A stretch of DNA of 64,000 nucleotides from Acetobacteraceae bacterium (GTDB lineage Bacteria; Pseudomonadota; Alphaproteobacteria; Acetobacterales; Acetobacteraceae). The DNA lies in the NCBI GenBank assembly GCA_027487675.1, contig JAIYDD010000163.1, positions 253 through 64,252 of the forward strand. The letters are read 5' to 3'. Made by a program: the position numbers and the translations under genes. Under the pieces are notes generated by a model. That model made no database searches and was not told the origin of the DNA. It saw nothing but the letters and a program-made list of their open reading frames with translations. Shown one piece after another: positions 30,551 to 38,859 of this stretch. Numbering within the stretch: the stretch's first letter is position 1; each line of letters begins with the position of its first letter.

Positions 30551-30797
30551 ACGCCGGCCGCGAGCCGCATCAAGGGGATGCGTGGCGGGCAGGCCGGCGC
30601 GCGGCAGGCCGGCGTCCGCGGCGGCGGACATCGGCGGGGCGCGGCGTTGCGCCCCGCGAACGCCGGCGCGGTCCCGGCCTTGACGCCCTCGCCCGGGCTG
30701 TTGTTTGTCCGGGTGCCCCGCCCCACCCGCCCGGCAGGCGGCCTGGGCGCGCGGGGCCGGGAGGCAGCGGCCGGTGATTTCCACGGACTCGGACCCC

Positions 30798-32936
30798 ATG
30801 AGCCCCGCCGCCCCCGCCGGGACGGCGCCGGCGCGCGGCCGCGGCGCGGATGCCGCGCAGCTGACACGGGCCTGGCGGGCCGCCAGGTGGTCGGAGGTGC
30901 CGATCAGCCTGCCCCCGCCCGAGGGGCCCGCGGCGGCCGCGCCAAGGCCGCAGAAGGCCGCCCCGCGGCGGCGAACGGTGCCCGTGCTGGGCGGCGAGGC
31001 GACGGACCGGCCGCTGGTGGTGATCGGCAACGGCCCCTCTCTGGAGGGGTTCGATTTCGGCCGCTTCGCCGGGCACGACACGATCGGGCTGAACGCCGCC
31101 TATCGCTACTGGGACGAGATCGGCTGGTACCCGACCTACTATGCCTGCCTCGACACCGTCGTCGGCCTGTCGCACCGCGCCGCGATCGAGCGGCTGGTCG
31201 CCAACCGCCAGCGCTACGGCATCCGCCGCTTCTTCCTGCGCGCCAACCTGGTCGACGCCATGCCGATGGCGGAGGAGCAGGGCGACGCGGTGGTGGAGTT
31301 CGAGAGCCTGCGCGCCGGCAACCCGCTGCTCGGGACGCTGCCGCTCACCACCGGCAGCCATGCCCTGCTGCTCGGCGCCGCCATGGGCTACCGGCGGATC
31401 AAGATCGTCGGCGTCGATTGCCGCTACGTCGAGATCCTGCCGGAGGTGGAGCAGCTGCAGGGCACGGAGCTCGAGCTGCGCGCCACCCCGGCCGCCAACC
31501 CGAACTACTTCTTCGCCGGCTACCAGCAGAAGGGCGACCGCTACAACGTCCCGAACCCGACGCCCGACCTGCACCTGCGCGCCTGGCGCGCGGCGGCGAA
31601 GGCGGTCGACGGGCTCGGGCTGTCGGTCGTGAACTGCAACCCGGCCTCGGCGCTCGACTGCTTTCCCGTGATGGCGTGGGAGGACGCGCTCGCCGAGGAT
31701 GCGCGGCACCTATCCGACACCGCCATCCAGGGCGTGCCGGCGGTGCTGGAGACGGCGGCGCTGGCCCGGCTGCTCGGCACGCGCCAGGGCGCGCAGCATG
31801 CCGCCTTCGACATCTGCCCGCCGCCGGCCGGCGGATTGGGCGAAGCCTTCCGCGACGGGCTGGGCTGGTCGGTGTACCCCTTCGCGCCGGATGCCGACCG
31901 GCCGGATGCCCTCGCCGCCGGCCCGGCCCGGCCATCCGCCGCGGCGGAGCCCAGCCCGGCGGAGGCCGACATCACCGCGCTGGCCGCGACGATCGGCGCG
32001 CGCGGCCTGCGGCAGGTGGAGCTGCTGCGCACCGGCTCGGCGTCCTTCGGCCTGGCCGCGCTGCGGGGCATGCGCTGGGGGAACCTGCGCCCGGAGGTGG
32101 TGCATGCCGTGGCGGCGGAGGCCGGCGCGGCGGCGCCCGACTGGGCCGACATCGCGGCCTTCCTCTCGGCGGGGGGCTATGCGGTCTATGCCAGCGAATG
32201 GGCCCCGCCGGCCGAGCCGGGCGGCGCGATGAGCTGGCGCGGCGTGGCGCCCTGGCCGATGCAGGACGCGCCGCCGCCGGGCAGCCTGCTGGCCTTCCGC
32301 GCCGATCCGGGCCTGCCGGCGCTGCGCATGGCCTTCGCGGCGGCGCGCACGCCGTGGGAGGCGCCCGCCGGGCCGCCGGCGCCCGCCCCCGCCGGGCCGG
32401 CGGCCGTCGCGCCACCGGGGGCGGGGCCGGCGCGGCCGGAGCTGACGGCGGAATGGAGCCTGCTGCCCGGCGCCCCGCTGCAGCACGGCCCCCTGGTGGC
32501 CGAGGTCGAGACGGATCGCGGCGTGGCGCTGGAATTCCGCGACCGGCTGCACGTGGTCTCCACGCGCCAGGCAATCGCGCTGCGGCCAGGCGGGCAGGTG
32601 CGGGTGCGCCATGTCGGGCGGCTGGTGCGGCCGCACGGCAATTCCACCGCGCGGTCCGGCTTCCTGCTCCTGGCGCGGATCTTCGATGCGGGCGGGCTTC
32701 TCGCCCCGCCGCATGTCATCGCGGTCCAGCCCGCGGGCGCGGCGTGGCGGGACGGCAGCTGGGTGGTGCGGATGGACGAGGTGCTGCGCCGCTATCCTGG
32801 CGCGACGCAGCTGCGCGTCTCGGTCAGCTGCAACTGGGTGGACGACAAGGCGGCGGAAAGTTCCGGCGACGGCGTCAGCCAGAGCCTGCTGCTCGAGGTG
32901 ACCGAGGCGGAGCCGGGCGTGGCGCGGCGCCGATGA
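30798..32936 (+). CDS. multidomain protein with an N-terminal sialyltransferase-like (GT42 / DUF115 MptE-like) domain
   Basis: The start is uncertain (ATG 30798 in ORF 30705..32936). 'PLVVIGNGPSLEGFDFGRF..HDTIGLNAAY' and 'TTGSHALLLGAAMGYRRIKIVGVDCRY' parallel the Cst-type 'AGNGPSL' and 'TSG..aiaLGYkeIyL.GiD' blocks. The middle segment resembles the tail of an FkbM-type methyltransferase. I do not recognise the C-terminal ~200 aa. Confidence 0.6.
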   Translation: MSPAAPAGTAPARGRGADAAQLTRAWRAARWSEVPISLPPPEGPAAAAPRPQKAAPRRRTVPVLGGEATDRPLVVIGNGPSLEGFDFGRFAGHDTIGLNAAYRYWDEIGWYPTYYACLDTVVGLSHRAAIERLVANRQRYGIRRFFLRANLVDAMPMAEEQGDAVVEFESLRAGNPLLGTLPLTTGSHALLLGAAMGYRRIKIVGVDCRYVEILPEVEQLQGTELELRATPAANPNYFFAGYQQKGDRYNVPNPTPDLHLRAWRAAAKAVDGLGLSVVNCNPASALDCFPVMAWEDALAEDARHLSDTAIQGVPAVLETAALARLLGTRQGAQHAAFDICPPPAGGLGEAFRDGLGWSVYPFAPDADRPDALAAGPARPSAAAEPSPAEADITALAATIGARGLRQVELLRTGSASFGLAALRGMRWGNLRPEVVHAVAAEAGAAAPDWADIAAFLSAGGYAVYASEWAPPAEPGGAMSWRGVAPWPMQDAPPPGSLLAFRADPGLPALRMAFAAARTPWEAPAGPPAPAPAGPAAVAPPGAGPARPELTAEWSLLPGAPLQHGPLVAEVETDRGVALEFRDRLHVVSTRQAIALRPGGQVRVRHVGRLVRPHGNSTARSGFLLLARIFDAGGLLAPPHVIAVQPAGAAWRDGSWVVRMDEVLRRYPGATQLRVSVSCNWVDDKAAESSGDGVSQSLLLEVTEAEPGVARRR

Positions 32937-33111
32937 CCGCGGGGCGCGGCCGTTCCGGCGGGCAGGGCCGGCGGGCCCGGTGACCCGGCAGCCGGCCGAC
33001 CACACGCGAAGTTTTGCCGGACGAAGGAGTGACAAGGCGCCGCGCCCCCGCGAAACGGCATCGGCAAGGCCCGAGCATGCCGCGCCGGGCCGCGAGGGGG
33101 TCGGAGGGAGG

Positions 33112-34059
33112 ATGAGGGTCGGGCTGCTCTATTTCGGCCTGCTGAACACCTTCCCGCGGATCTACGGTCCGGATGGGACGATGCCGAACATCGCCGCCGC
33201 GCTGGAGGCGCTGGGGATGGAGTTCGAGGTGTTCCTCGACACCAGCCCGCTGGCGTTCCTGAAGGTTCCCGCGTCTGCGCCGAACATCCATCCGAATGAA
33301 CTCGCCGCCGGCTTCACGTTCATCGACCGCGTCCCGGCGACCGACACCGGCGACCGCGACTACCTCGTGTTGCAACACGATCCTGAAGACTTGCGGCGCA
33401 TGGTCCTCGGCGCCTTTCCAGGCCGCGAAGTGCATCTGAGCGTCACGCCGCCAGAAGCCGCCACCTGGTCGGGCGAGGGCTACCTCGAGAACATGATCCG
33501 GCTCTTTCTCCGCCGGAAGGCGAGGCTGGTCGAGAACGCAGTTGCGCGCGCCGCGGCAGGGGCAAGACCGTTCGATCTGCTGATCATGGCGCGGCCCGAC
33601 AGCGCGCTTCGACCGCGAGGTCGCAAGCGACGTGGCCTCGCCGAGGTGGTTCCGCTGCTGGCGAAGGATATCGAGGATCTGCTCGACGATCCGGCGTTGG
33701 GCGCGGATTTCGGGGCGTTCCACGTCGAAGGCAGCGAACGACGCCTGAGGATGTTCAAGAACGACCTTCTGATCGGCAGTCCGGAGGCGCTTCGGGCAGC
33801 GACGTCGCTCATCGATCTGGTCGATGCCCACGCAGGGGATGTGTATGGTGTCTACCCGGATGGGGTGTTCCGCTGCGGGGCTTGCCGAAAGCTGACCTTC
33901 GGCAAGCCGGACCGCTGCACCAACTGCGGTGCCGACGAATCGTTCACGGATATCACCACCTGGCCGGAGCTGATCACGTCGCAGCATGTCGACGCTCTTG
34001 GCCTCGCGGTGCGGCCGCTGCGCATCACGGGCGACTCGATCCGGGCGGACGCGGTGTAG
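33112..34059 (+). CDS. hypothetical protein with C-terminal CxxC...CxxC zinc-ribbon
   Basis: ATG 33112 is preceded by a strong SD 'GGAGGGAGG'. The protein is 315 aa and contains 'CGACRKLTFGKPDRCTNCG'. Its codons are visibly more A/T-ending than in neighbouring genes. Confidence 0.65.
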   Translation: MRVGLLYFGLLNTFPRIYGPDGTMPNIAAALEALGMEFEVFLDTSPLAFLKVPASAPNIHPNELAAGFTFIDRVPATDTGDRDYLVLQHDPEDLRRMVLGAFPGREVHLSVTPPEAATWSGEGYLENMIRLFLRRKARLVENAVARAAAGARPFDLLIMARPDSALRPRGRKRRGLAEVVPLLAKDIEDLLDDPALGADFGAFHVEGSERRLRMFKNDLLIGSPEALRAATSLIDLVDAHAGDVYGVYPDGVFRCGACRKLTFGKPDRCTNCGADESFTDITTWPELITSQHVDALGLAVRPLRITGDSIRADAV

Positions 34060-34078
34060 CCGCGCTGACGCCCGCACC

Positions 34079-35260
34079 TCACCCCAGCCCGCGCAGCACC
34101 GCGTGCAGCTCGGCCTTCGCCTCGAAGCCGATGCCCGGCACGTCGGGCATCCGCACGCGCCCCTCCACCACCGGCACCGCGTCGGCGAAGCCGCCGAAGG
34201 GCGCGAAGACTTCCGGGTAGCTCTCATTGCCGCCGAGGCCGAGGCCCACCGCGATGTTCAGCGCGAACTGGTGGCCGCCATGCGGCACGCAGCGCCTCGG
34301 GCTCCAGCCATGGTCCGCCAGCATCCGCAGCGTGCGCAGGTATTCGACCAGGCCGTAGGACAGCGCGGGGTCGAATTGCAGCACGTCGCGATCGGGGCGC
34401 AGCCCGCCATGGCGGACCAGGTTGCGCGCATCCTGCATCGAGAACAGGTTTTCCCCGGTTGCGATCGGCGGGCCGTAATGCTCGGCGAGCGTCGCATGGG
34501 TGGCGTAGTCCAGCGGATCCAGCGGCTCCTCGTACCAGCGCAGGCGATAGGGGGCGAGGGCCGCGGCATAGGTCAGCGCCGCGTGCAGCCCGAAGCGGCC
34601 ATTGACGTCGACGGCCAGGCGCGAGCCGTCGCCGCCGAGCAGCTTCAGCACCGCCTCGATCCGCCGCAGGTCGTCGGGCAGCGCGTCCTTCAGGGCCACG
34701 CCGGGCGCGCCGCCGATCTTCATCTTCACCGTGGCGTAGCCGAGGCCGAGATAGCGCTTCATCTCCTCGACCAGCGCGGCGACGTCCTTGCCCGGATAGT
34801 AGTAGCCGCCGGCGGCATAGACCCAGGCGGCGTCGTCGGCGGCACCGCCGTTGAAGCGGTCCGCCAGCAGCCGCCAGAGCGGCACGCCTTCAAGCTTCGC
34901 CGCCGCGTCCCACAGCGCCATGTCGAGCACGCCGACCGCGACGCTGCGCTCGCCATGCCCGCCCGGCTTCTCGTTCTTCATCATCGCGGCCCAGGCGCCG
35001 GCGGGATCGAGGCTGCCATCGGGGGCGGTGATCTCGGCCTCCGTCGCCGCCAGCAGGCGCGGGACGAAGCGCTCGGTCAGCAGGCCGGGCTGGGCGTAGC
35101 GGCCGTTGGAGTTGAAGCCGTAGCCGGTGGCGCGCTTGCCGCCCGGCCCCTCCACCGTCACCGCGACGATGGAGGCGGTCATCTTCGAGAAGTCGATATA
35201 GGCGTTGGCGATGGCGCTCGCGATCGGCGCGACGCCCTGCTTCACGGAGAGGATGCGCAT
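34079..35260 (-). CDS. enolase-superfamily dehydratase, D-tartrate dehydratase-like
   Basis: Trimmed to the ATG at 35260 (393 aa). Long blocks match the Bradyrhizobium TarD sequence as I remember it: 'NAYIDFSKMT', 'GYGFNSNGRY', 'MMKNEKPGGHGERSVAVG', 'VYAAGGYYYPGK', 'VKMKIGGAP', 'WYEEP.DPLDY', 'ATGENLFS.QDARNL', 'PHGGHQ..LNIA.GLGLGGNESYP'. Confidence 0.85.
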   Translation of the reverse strand: MRILSVKQGVAPIASAIANAYIDFSKMTASIVAVTVEGPGGKRATGYGFNSNGRYAQPGLLTERFVPRLLAATEAEITAPDGSLDPAGAWAAMMKNEKPGGHGERSVAVGVLDMALWDAAAKLEGVPLWRLLADRFNGGAADDAAWVYAAGGYYYPGKDVAALVEEMKRYLGLGYATVKMKIGGAPGVALKDALPDDLRRIEAVLKLLGGDGSRLAVDVNGRFGLHAALTYAAALAPYRLRWYEEPLDPLDYATHATLAEHYGPPIATGENLFSMQDARNLVRHGGLRPDRDVLQFDPALSYGLVEYLRTLRMLADHGWSPRRCVPHGGHQFALNIAVGLGLGGNESYPEVFAPFGGFADAVPVVEGRVRMPDVPGIGFEAKAELHAVLRGLG

Positions 35261-35347
35261 CGGAAGGGACCTCGGCCGCCGCGGAAGGGCCGCCCTTGTG
35301 GCAAGCGCGCCCCCGCCGCACAACCCACCGCGGGAGGACCGACGACC

Positions 35348-36127
35348 ATGCCCGACATCCTGCACGAGACGCGCGGCGCCATCGCCTGGACCACGCTCAA
35401 CCGCCCGGCCGCGCGCAACGCGCTGACCTTCGCGATGTATGAGGGGCTGGAGGAGCAGGCGAAGCGGGTCGCCGCCGACCCCGCCATCCGCGCCTGGGTC
35501 ATCACGGGGGCCGGCGGCAAGGCCTTCGCGGCCGGCACCGACATCGGCCAGTTCACGGAATTTCGCAGCGGCCAGGACGGCCTGGACTACGAGGCGCGGA
35601 TCGAGCGCGCGCCGTCCTCCATCGAGGATTGCCCGAAGCCCGTCATCGCCGCCATCGCCGGCTTCTGCACCGGCGGCGGGCTGGCGATCGCCGCCGCCTG
35701 CGATCTGCGCATCGCGACCGAGGATGCGCGCTTCGGCATGCCGGTCGCGCGCACGCTGGGCAATTGCCTGTCCATGCAGAACTACGCGCGGCTCGTCGCG
35801 CTGCTCGGCGTGGCGCGGGTGAAGGAGGTGGTGTTCACCGCGCGGATGGTGACGGGGGCGGAGGCGCTGTCGGCCGCGCTGGTCACCGAGCTGCTGCCGG
35901 ACGCCGCGGCGCTGGACGCGCGCGCCCTGGCGCTGGCCGAGACGCTGGCGGGAATGGCGCCGCTGACGCTGGCGGCCACCAAGGCGGCGCTGGTGCGGCT
36001 GCGACGCGCGCAGGTGGCGCATGCCGATGGCGACGACCTGGTGGCGATGGCCTTCGGCAGCGAGGATTTCCGCGAAGGCGTGGCGGCCTTCCTGGGCAAG
36101 CGGCCGCCGGTCTGGACGGGGCGGTAG
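35348..36127 (+). CDS. enoyl-CoA hydratase/isomerase family protein
   Basis: Trimmed from ORF 33986..36127 to the ATG at 35348 (259 aa). Crotonase blocks are 'LNRPAARNAL', 'VITGAGGKAFAAGTDI', 'PVIAAIAGFCTGGGLAIAAACDLRIA' and 'EDFREGVAAFLGKRPP'. Confidence 0.88.
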   Translation: MPDILHETRGAIAWTTLNRPAARNALTFAMYEGLEEQAKRVAADPAIRAWVITGAGGKAFAAGTDIGQFTEFRSGQDGLDYEARIERAPSSIEDCPKPVIAAIAGFCTGGGLAIAAACDLRIATEDARFGMPVARTLGNCLSMQNYARLVALLGVARVKEVVFTARMVTGAEALSAALVTELLPDAAALDARALALAETLAGMAPLTLAATKAALVRLRRAQVAHADGDDLVAMAFGSEDFREGVAAFLGKRPPVWTGR

Positions 36128-36185
36128 GCGGCCCCCCACCCCGACCCTCCCCCGCGCGAGCGGCGGAGGGCGCAGGGCCTCATCC

Positions 36186-37076
36186 CTACCGCTGGGCCAG
36201 CCGCTGCGGGTGCGCCGGGTAGGTGCCGAGGATGCTGAGATCCGCCGAGAAGAAGGCCAGTTCCTCCAGCGCGCGGGCCAGCCCCGGCTGCTCCGGATGG
36301 CCGTCCACATCGGCCAGGAACTGCGTCGCGGTGAAGGCGCCGTCCAGCATGTAGGATTCCAGCTTCGTCATGTTCACGCCGTTGGTCGCGAAGCCGCCCA
36401 GCGCCTTGTAGAGCGCGGCCGGGATGTTGCGCACCCGGAAGACGAAGCTGGTCACCCAGTGCTCGCCCGCGAAGGGCGGCAGCAGGGGGTCGCGGGCCAT
36501 CACGTAGAAGCGCGTGGTGTTGTGGGCCGCGTCCTCGACGTTGCGGCGCAGGATCTCGAGGCCATAGACCTCGGCCGCCAGCTCGCTGGCGATGGCCGCA
36601 TCCTCCACCCCGCCGCGCGCGGCGATCAGGGATGCGGCGCCGGCGGTGTCGGCCTCGATCACCGCCTCGAGCTCCAGCTCCTTCAGCACCTTCAGCACCT
36701 GGCCGAGCGCCATCGGGTGGCTGTGCGCGCGGCGGATGGTCGCGGTGGTGGCGCCCTTCGGCGCCAGCAGGCAGTGTTCCACCCGCTCGTAATGCTCGCC
36801 CACCACGTGCAGGCCGGAGCCGGGCAGCAGCCGGTGGATGTCGGGCACGCGCCCGGCCAGCGAATTCTCGCAGGGCAGCATGGCGAGGTCGGCGGCGCCG
36901 GACCGCACCGCCTCCATCGCCGCCTCGAAGCTCGGGCTGGGCAGGGTGGTCCAGCCGGGATGGGCCCGCCGGCACGCCAGGTCGGAATAGGCGCCGGGCA
37001 GGCCCTGGAAGGCGATGGTGCCGCTCGCCGCCGTCACGGGATGGGCGGGGCGGGGCGCGACGTCGGGGCCATGCAT
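36186..37076 (-). CDS. pheA: prephenate dehydratase
   Basis: 296 aa with 'IAFQGLPGAYS', 'LPCENSLAGRV', 'NTTRFYV' and a C-terminal ACT domain. Confidence 0.9.
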   Translation of the reverse strand: MHGPDVAPRPAHPVTAASGTIAFQGLPGAYSDLACRRAHPGWTTLPSPSFEAAMEAVRSGAADLAMLPCENSLAGRVPDIHRLLPGSGLHVVGEHYERVEHCLLAPKGATTATIRRAHSHPMALGQVLKVLKELELEAVIEADTAGAASLIAARGGVEDAAIASELAAEVYGLEILRRNVEDAAHNTTRFYVMARDPLLPPFAGEHWVTSFVFRVRNIPAALYKALGGFATNGVNMTKLESYMLDGAFTATQFLADVDGHPEQPGLARALEELAFFSADLSILGTYPAHPQRLAQR

Positions 37077-37317
37077 CGGGACTGTCCTGTCTGATCCTGT
37101 CGCGCGCGCCCTCGCGCGGCGGCGCGGTCGCGGCCGGGTTGTCGATCCCCCATGCCGCCTCTATGTTCCGGCCGGTTTTACGGCAGGGCGGCCCTGGTGC
37201 AACCCCGGCGCGCGCGCCCCCGGCGAGCCGCTGGCCGCGCCGGGACATGCCGGCGGGATGTCGTGACGCGGGCGGCTCCGGGACGCCGCGTGTGCAGGAT
37301 AGAGGGTGCGAAGCGGG

Positions 37318-37857
37318 ATGAGCCTCGAGTTCAACAAGATCGCCGCGGCGGGTCTGACGGCCGGCATCACCTTCATGCTGGCCGGCCTGGTCGGCGATGG
37401 GCTGGTCAGCCCGCCCCGGCTGCAACAGACGGCCATCGCGGTGGCCAGCGCGCCGGCGCCGGCGGCCGCGCCCGCCGCCCCGGCCGCGCCGACCGTGGAG
37501 CCGATCGCGCCGCTGCTGGCCGCGGCCAATGCCGACAATGGCCGCGTGCTGGCGCAGCGGCTCTGCGCCTCCTGCCACAATTTCGCACAGGGCGGGGCGA
37601 ACGGCGTGGGCCCGAACCTCTGGGGCATCGTCGGCGCGGCGCATGCGCGCGTGGCGGGCTTCAACTATTCGGCCGCCAACCGGGCGCTGGCCGACAAGCC
37701 CTGGGACTACGAGGCGCTGAACGCCTTCCTGCTGCGGCCCTCGGCCGCCATGCCGGGCACGCGCATGGCCTTCGCCGGCATCGGCAATGCCGGGCAGCGG
37801 GCCGACGTGATCGCCTTCCTGCGCACGCTGGACACCAGCCCGAAGCCGCTGCCCTGA
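37318..37857 (+). CDS. membrane-anchored c-type cytochrome (CycM-like)
   Basis: An N-terminal anchor 'FNKIAAAGLTAGITFMLAGLV' and an Ala/Pro linker precede the heme site 'CASCH' and 'MAFAGI'. The ATG at 37318 is preferred over the GTG at 37306. Confidence 0.85.
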   Translation: MSLEFNKIAAAGLTAGITFMLAGLVGDGLVSPPRLQQTAIAVASAPAPAAAPAAPAAPTVEPIAPLLAAANADNGRVLAQRLCASCHNFAQGGANGVGPNLWGIVGAAHARVAGFNYSAANRALADKPWDYEALNAFLLRPSAAMPGTRMAFAGIGNAGQRADVIAFLRTLDTSPKPLP

Positions 37858-38031
37858 TCCTTTCCCCACGACGTCGCTGCGCGTCGCCGTGGGGGCCCCG
37901 ATCAGGCGCCGGTGCCGCCGGGCCTGGTTCATCCTGCCGCGGCAAAGCCGCTCGAGGGCACCGGGGGGCGGACAGGCGGGCGCGGGCACGGCTGACACGG
38001 TGCGGCAGCACCGGCTGACACGGGGGCGCGC

Positions 38032-38814
38032 ATGACGGACGCATCGCAGTTCCTGCCCGCCGCGGAGGCCGCCGCCGACCTCGCCGGCCAGGTCATCCGC
38101 CCGCTGTTCCGCAGCCAGCTGCTGGTCGATGCCAAGGGCGACGCCAGCCCGGTCACCGAGGCCGACCGCGCCGCCGAGCGCGCCATCCGCGCCCTGCTCG
38201 CCGACCGCCTGCCCGCCCATGGCGTGATCGGCGAGGAATACGGCGACCACCAGGCCGACGCCGAATGGGTCTGGGTGCTGGACCCGATCGACGGCACCCG
38301 CGCCTTCGTCACCGGCCGGCCCCTGTTCGGCACGCTGATCGGCCTGCTGCACCGCGGCCGGCCGGTGCTCGGCCTGATCGACCAGCCCGCCACCGGCGAA
38401 CGCTGGATCGGCATCGCCGGCCGGCCGACCACCTTCCGCGCCCCGCTCGGCGGCACGCCCGGCTGCCGGCCCTGCGCGACGCTGGCCGAGGCCGAGCTGT
38501 CCTGCACCTCGCCGGACATGTTCGACGCAACCACCGCCCCCCGCTTCGCCGCGCTGAAGGCGGCCGCGCGGCGCACCACCTGGGGCGGCGATTGCTACGC
38601 CTATGGTTTGCTGGCGATCGGCCTGGTCGATGTGGTGGTGGATGCCACCATGAAGCCCTGGGACTGGGCCGCCCTGGTCCCGGTGATCGAGGGCGCGGGC
38701 GGGCGCTGCACGGACTGGGCCGGGCGGCCCCTGGCGCTGGACGGCGACGGCACCGTGCTGGCCGTCGGCGACCCCGCGCTGCTCGCGCCCGCGTCAAGCC
38801 TTCTCTCAGGCTGA
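38032..38814 (+). CDS. inositol monophosphatase family protein (possibly histidinol-phosphatase HisN-type)
   Basis: 260 aa with 'VTEADRAAE', 'WVLDPIDGT' and 'WDWAALVPVIEGAGG'. Confidence 0.85.
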   Translation: MTDASQFLPAAEAAADLAGQVIRPLFRSQLLVDAKGDASPVTEADRAAERAIRALLADRLPAHGVIGEEYGDHQADAEWVWVLDPIDGTRAFVTGRPLFGTLIGLLHRGRPVLGLIDQPATGERWIGIAGRPTTFRAPLGGTPGCRPCATLAEAELSCTSPDMFDATTAPRFAALKAAARRTTWGGDCYAYGLLAIGLVDVVVDATMKPWDWAALVPVIEGAGGRCTDWAGRPLALDGDGTVLAVGDPALLAPASSLLSG

Positions 38815-38859
38815 ATGGCGCGGTTGTCGCGGCGGGGGGGAACCCCCAAACTGTCAGCC

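Noticed and set aside
27908-32983. 1691-aa plus-strand ORF spanning mrpA/mrpB and the GT-like gene.
   Set aside because: It is antisense to clearly motif-bearing mrp genes and low-complexity (R/G/A/Q/P). It is a shadow ORF.
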